From: Chrysomallon squamiferum
Lineage: Eukaryota > Animalia > Mollusca
Direction: 5' to 3'
DNA: 64,000 bases
Assembly: GCA_012295275.1 (NCBI GenBank)
Contig: CM022668.1
Coordinates: forward strand, 5,394,001-5,458,000
A model generated the notes under the pieces. It saw nothing but the letters and a program-made list of their open reading frames with translations. It was not told where the DNA came from and searched no databases. Below, piece after piece: positions 57,401 to 64,000 of the stretch (positions within the stretch are counted from its first letter, which is position 1; every line of letters starts with the position of its first letter). The position numbers were made by a program, and so were the translations under genes.

Positions 57401-58094
57401 ACAAATTTCTTTTATGATCACAATATTTACAACTGTTGCATATTTAAAATAAAAACAGAAGTGTACAATGTTTGGGTACCATTATTGGCTATGACTTTGG
57501 TACTGTTTGTGATCTTGACTAAGTGTTTTGTGATTTCACCTTGTTAACTAATACTGTTAGCTGGATGATGATTTTTCTAGGCAGAGCAAATTGATTACTA
57601 TCATAAAAACAGTCAATCAGTAAACCACAAAATTTAATAGAATGCATGCACATTATACATAATATATATAATGTACATATGTTAGAAACATCTGGTACAT
57701 ATGTGACTGTATTTTAGTTGGAACCTCCCAAGGAATGTTCCTAAGTATCATGTTATCTAGAATGTACAAGAAATCATTTTCGTTCTCCTTTCTGATCTTT
57801 AAAGAAAGTAATAAAAACATAATGCAGCTGGGACATGCATAGAGATCTGTCTTATATATATATAGTTAAAATATATACATTTTTTTAGCATGTGTGTATG
57901 TTACTAGAATATTACTATTTATTACTTTTTAAAGTTTATTTTCATTTTATTTATTTTTCAGAGAGGACATCTCTAGTTTGCTGCTGTTAGTAAATGATGA
58001 AGTATGTAAAGCAGACGCCATGATGGCAGGTGGTAGGTACAAGCAGTCACCAGCACTGTTCAGCACTTTGAGGAAGAAGCTGATATTCCGATGA
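54118..58094 (+). pseudogene. casp8: Caspase-8-like paralogue D, frameshifted in the intersubunit linker
   Basis: Micro-exons 54118-54159 and 54608-54658. Exons 55092-55184, 55576-55674, 56130-56429 (ILSHG, QTCQG), 56763-56980 and 57962-58094. A 13-bp tandem duplication CAGCGGGAAGAA(A/G) at 56804-56829 leads to TGA at 56861-56863. Confidence 0.82.
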
Positions 58095-59764
58095 AGGACA
58101 TTTTTTCATTTCTTTTATTTATTTTCAGTTGATGTTTGAACAACTCTGGTATAATCATATTCATGTTTTATATTTAACAGTTCTTAAATGTTTACATAAT
58201 TAATGTCCGAAAATGGGGGTAAATACACAAAAACTAAATAACAGTGTGTATGCAAACATACATGGGATATTTAGAAACTTGGTAATATAATTAGTGGAAG
58301 TTCCATTATTTTATTCTGTAGTACAAACTCAAGTGATTCCTTTGTTTGTTAAGGAAGATACAATAATGAAAATTACATAGATATTCAAAATAACTGATTC
58401 TTATTTCATGGTGTAGTAAAGTTGCTAATTTCTTTAGAGAAATGTAAAAAGTGTACATTTGATCTGTTTGAAAATAGTATCTAGTTTCTTGATTGTTTAT
58501 CCACATCAGTAATGATATATACACTACACATAAAAAAGCTGAAATAAATAAATACTTTATCAAATAACAACAGAAGGTTAACTTTTTAATGTTTTATTTT
58601 TCTCAGCTGTATACAAATTCCAAAGCAACTCAAAAATACACAAAGTAAAAGTCAACAGTTTTTCCCCCTTATACAATAATTACTGCTAAATTTATCATGT
58701 ACCAACAAAATGCACACCTATATACTATTGCAATTATTAATTTGCTTTCATTTATTACTTCTGTTTGTTTTTGTGTTGCTCTTTCTATTACATCAATCAA
58801 CTCACAAAGCTAAAACATTTTAATAAACATTTATGCATTCATTTTGAATTTCGTGATGCAATTTCTTTTAACAATGGTTTAATTAAATCAGCTTATTTTA
58901 TCTGCATTCACACTAACATAAATTAATATGTAACAAGTATTTACGAGTTCACTTTGATTTTCTTTACATTTTGTTTAAAATGATGTTTTATTTAAATCAG
59001 TCCATTTAATTTGCATTCGAACTAACTTAAACCAGTTAGACATATTTTCTTGTGAGTGTCTAGTTTCAAACTGAACACTTTCAGATATATAACCAATGAT
59101 TTTGATGTGCTGAATTTAATTTCTTATCACAATGGCACAATTTAAAATACTTTACTTGTATTATTCTGTTGTTTATTATGTAAATCCAGTATTTATTTAT
59201 TAAATTACTATTATCATTATTTTTACACTATTTTAAGATAACAAGCAATTTTCCATGTTATAGATTATTTTAGACTTTTTATGCTACACTAGAATATTTT
59301 CGAAACCAAGCTTTCACAAGTGGCTCTGGTTGTTGCTTCATATTTGTATTGATTTTCGAATTTTTGATAAACTAACTCTTGAATTTAGATATTATAACTT
59401 ATTACTTCAACTTTTCTATTATTTATTATGCCTTCAACAATTTCAACATTACTAATAAATAAAAAGGAAAATGACAGTAACTATTACTCAGGCTAATTAT
59501 GTATAATCAAATACTATATTAGGAAGTAACTTTATTATTTATGGTAATAACAATAACAACAAACAGACCAGTATTTGATAAACAAAATTAATTTAGTCAG
59601 TAAGCTACCAAGATTAGATTTGGTGTATGGTTGGATATAAATTATAATGAAAATTAATGCCTATAGTCTATTTAGTTCATATGCTGATATTGTCAGATAT
59701 TTTCCACAGCCACTCACTAGGAAACAAAAATATACTAAATGGTAACACTGATGTTTGTTTACAG

Positions 59765-62700
59765 ATGTGGATCTGTCAACTGTGATTGAAACTGCTCATC
59801 AGTGTGAACAACAAGTACACATGCCAAATCAAAATACTGAAGTAGACTATCCCAGTCAGCCAACAGAGCCTGGTAGGACAACAGCAAGGGTTGTCCTACA
59901 GAATCCTCAACCAACCCAAAGTCCTCCTTCAGAACCATGTAAACAAAAAAAAAAACCCTAAACCTTCTTAAATGACTGAGGAAACATAAAACAGATAACT
60001 TAATTTGTATTGTAACTTTATCTCGAAAATAAATTAATGTAGAAACTTTGCAGCAAATGATGAGACGACAACGGTGTTTCTGTAATTTATTCTCAAGGAT
60101 TTCCATTTTGTAACTTACCATTTTACTTCTATCAATTATTTCAACTTTTCTGTTATTTATTATGCCTTCAACAATTTCAACATTACTAATAAATAAAAAG
60201 GGAAATGACAGCAGCTATTACTCAGGCTAATTATATATAATCAAATACTATATTAGGAAGTAACTTTATTATTTATGGTAATAACAGAAACAACAAACAG
60301 ACCAGTATTTGATAAACAAAATTAATTTAGTCAGTAAGCTACCAAGATTAGATTTGGTGTATGGTTGGATATAAATTATAATGAAAATTAATGCCTATAG
60401 TCTATTTAGTTCATATGCTGATATTGTCAGATATTTTCCACAGTCACTCACTAGGAAACAAAAATATACTAAATGGTAACACTAATGTTTGTTTACAGAT
60501 GTGGATCTGTCAACTGTGATTGAAACTGCTCATCAGTGTGAACAACAAGTACACATGCCAAATCAAAATATGGAAGTAGACTATCCCAGTCAGCCAACAG
60601 AGCCTGGTAGGACAACAGCAAGGGTTGTCCTACAGAATCCTCAACCAACACAAAGTCCACCTTCAGAACAAGGTAAAAAATAAAACCCAAAACCTTCTTA
60701 AGTGTCCCAAGTATCATAAAACGAATAGCTTTATTTGTATTGTAAGTTTATTTTAACAATGAAAAAAACAAAGAAAAAAAAGAAAAAAAAGAGAAAAAAG
60801 CGGTGTAATAATATTCCTGTAAATGATCAGATTACATTAGTGTTTCTATAAGTTATTCTGAAGGATTTCCATATTTTAACTTATCTTATCAGTTCTATCA
60901 ATTATTTCAACTTTTCTATTATTTATTATGCCTTCAACAATTTCAACATTACTAATAAATAAAAAGGTAAATGACAGCAGCTATTATTCAGGCTAATTAT
61001 GTATAATAAAATACTGTATTAGGAAGTAACTTGATTATTTATGATAATAACAATGACAACAAACAGGCCAGTATTTGATAAACGAAATTAATTTAGTCAA
61101 TAAACTACCAAGATTTGATGTATGGTTGGATATAAATTATAATGAAAATTAGTGACTGCTGTCTGTTTACTTCATATGCTGATATTGTCAGATATTTTCC
61201 CCAATCACTCACTAGGAAACAAAAATATACTAAATGGTAACACTGATGTTTGTTTACAGATGTGGATCTGTCAACTGTGATTGAAACTGCTCATCAGTGT
61301 AGGTACCGGCAGGCAAAACATGTCTGACTTTAAAAAAAAACAAAAAACAAAAAAAAAACATGCATTTTTAATTGTTTGTTTTCATTACGTCACCAGTCAT
61401 GCATCACAAACTACACCTTCTTTATGTACGCTGTGGTGTTGCCAGCGAGCATTTCCAGGGAACATTTCCAGCGAAGTTTTAGCACCGTTACGACAAACAG
61501 TTATCGGTTAGTTAATGGAACAAGTTGTCGTTAGAAATTTACTCTTATTGAAACTGCGAGCTGTTTGTTTGAAAGAACTGACGTGCGATAAATTATTCAC
61601 TGGAGTTTTCGTTCGCAGGTTTCAAAGTCACGAAAGTGACTGGGATTGTTCGCTATCTTTATTTCAGTAGGGGAAATACCGTACAGGAGGTTCTAAGGGA
61701 AAATATCGTACAGGACCTTCCAAAGGAAAACTATCACTATAATCCATTGAAGGACAGAACATTTAAGCTTTTAATGGATGTGGACTGGTAGGTAAACACA
61801 ATGTAGTTTAAAAGAATCAGTTATTGTCTCAAAACAATGTGTTAATGTTATTAACATTGTGTCAGTGTTAGGTTGTTTTGATATTAATCATTTAATGAGT
61901 CAGTCACGGAACAGAAATGTAAAACAAATGAAATCTGTTTTTTTGCTGTTTTTTTTACGTCGTTTTTAATACTTTAACTTAAAATATAAAGTATTTCAGC
62001 AGTCAGAAAGATACAACTATATTTTTGATTATTTATAATTAACATACATATTTCATAGATCGATTATAACAACTAAACAAGTAACTTACCACATCTGTAA
62101 AGAATGTTCGATTATTTATGGTAATACCAATAACAGCAACAACAAAATAGACCAATATTTGATAAACGAAATTAATTTAGTCAATAAACTACCAAGATTT
62201 GGTATATGGTTGGATATAAATTATAATGAAAATTAGTGATTGCTGTCTATTTACTTCATATGTAGATATTGCAATTGTGGATATGTCAACTGTGATTGAA
62301 ACTGCTGATCAATGTAGGTACCGGCAAGCAAAATTTTTCTGAGTTTAATTTACAAACAGCACATAATGAAAGCTGTAGCAAAAAGAATGTAAACAGCCAA
62401 TACAAAGTCCACCTTCAGAACCAGGTAAATAAAAAACCAAAACCCCTAAAACCTTTTTAATTGACACAAGAATCATAAATCTAATAACTTAATTTGTATT
62501 GTAACTTTATTTTCACATAAAAAAAAGAAACAAAAGAAAGAAAAAAAACAAAAGCAGTGTAATAATATTCCTGTAAAGGATCAGATTACATTGGTGTTTC
62601 TTTCATTTATTCTCAAGGATTTCCATATTTTAACTTATCTTATTAGTTCTATCAATTATTTAAACTTTTCTGTTATTTATTATGCCTTCAACAATTTCAT

Positions 62701-63877
62701 CATTACTAATAAACAAAATAATACCACAATAAAATGGAAAATGTCAACATCAAAAATTAATCAGTGTAATTATTTTTATATAAATACTATATTATTAGCA
62801 CTAATATATAAATGTGTATATAAAATGTTTACTTCCAGTTGATTGTATTGTTTGTTTTTGGAGGCCAGTCTTTTCTAATTACAATATACGAGAAACATTA
62901 TATTACCACAGCTCAAGTAAACTTAAACAGCATAACATGAATTTAATCTGACCATAATATTGAAGTGTAATATTGCTAGTCAATAACACTCGAATTTAAT
63001 AATAAAGGAAATTTATTTGTGGTGCTTTTTCATACGGCTTGCAGAAAAAAATAATACGACCTTAGACCTGGTAGCACTGTGTATTTTATTTATATTTTTT
63101 GAAAGAACAGCAAGAAATGATTCACCTGCATGGTTCTAGTCTTTTTTATTTTATCGTTTTACATTATTATTAGCAAATAAGTGACATCGCAAAACAAATA
63201 AAGAAATCAGATTAAGCTGCATATATTTTAATTTTATAGCAGAACTTACTTTGAGTTGTGTTACTTATTTATTAATTTTTAATTTTTCTTTATTTATTGA
63301 AAATCACCAGCAAATCAGATTCCAAACGTCGTACAGCAGTTAGAAAGAACTGATGTAGATCAGGGTCCTGTCCCCTACTACAAAATGGATGCTATTCCTC
63401 GAGGTATATTTTCAAATAAATATTTTACTAATTTGGGATCAATTTGGCCTCTTTAAAAACAGTATTAGATTTGGAACAAACAATATAGATGAGAGGTATA
63501 TGTCACACATACATATTCATTCATTTTTGTTTATGCCTTTGTGATTTGTTTGGTGATGTTTACACAGACCTGTACTGCTAGAGATTTGAATTCTCCAGTG
63601 TATAAGTCATGAATCCCTGCTCTTATTCCAGCTACTATATCTTGATGAGTGATTCATAAACACAGACCCAGTCTGGGCTCTCCACATTCGTATCACTGAA
63701 TATCTCTCACATTCTATCTCATTGTTTCTCTTTGTCTGTCTCCCTTAAATTTATTCTTTATATTTCCATTAAATGTTTTTCTTCTTATAGAATTAGCAGT
63801 AATTTATAAATATGCATACAAAATGTTTTTACATTTTGTTTGCATTTGTGTGAGTGTTTGTATGTGTCTGTTTGTAT

Positions 63878-63909
<32 letters not shown>

Positions 63910-64000
63910 TATTTTTATTTATGTTTAAGGTTTCATCTGGTGTTTTTGTTTTTTATGAAAATATTTTGGTTTCAGATCGTGAAATCAGCTTAAGAGAACA
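59765..64000 (+). pseudogene. Rearranged 5-prime part of further caspase-8-like copy or copies (E): duplicated DED-less linker exons, 93-nt exon, micro-exon
   Basis: 174-nt open exons 59765-59938 and 60499-60672 (EVDYPSQPTEPGRTTARVVLQNPQPTQSPPSE is the tail of the DED exon), truncated copies at 61260 and about 62276-62423, a 93-nt YKMDAIPRG exon at 63311-63403, and a micro-exon starting at 63976. Status is uncertain because the gene continues beyond the window. Confidence 0.65.

Overview
AT-rich, microsatellite-laden eukaryotic DNA, probably invertebrate and possibly molluscan (inference from gene content and style only). The window is dominated by a + strand tandem cluster of at least five caspase-8-like paralogues. 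Copy A: last exon only (16-175). Copy B: intact catalytic exons (33431-36964), DED exon deleted, death-domain exon decayed. Copy C (45967-53054): DED-DED-death domain-caspase, about 665 aa. Copy D (54118-58094): frameshifted in the intersubunit linker. Copy E (59765-64000): DED-less fragments. The most striking feature is an array of about 18 candidate symmetric (phase 1-1) micro-exons of 36/39/42/51 nt between the prodomain position and the catalytic domain of copy B, with smaller sets in C, D and E. They sit in near-identical duplicated introns but encode very different peptides, which suggests a hypervariable, spliceable linker. The left 10 kb holds an NHL-repeat pseudogene fragment, a decayed Mutator/NOF-like element carrying a USP deubiquitinase domain, and a hAT (Buster/Charlie-type) deletion derivative with perfect TSDs. 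A duplicated minus-strand signal-peptide exon lies head-to-head with copies B and C. There is a 200-N gap at 53453-53652. All exon models were read by eye from splice signals and paralogue comparison; there is no transcript evidence.
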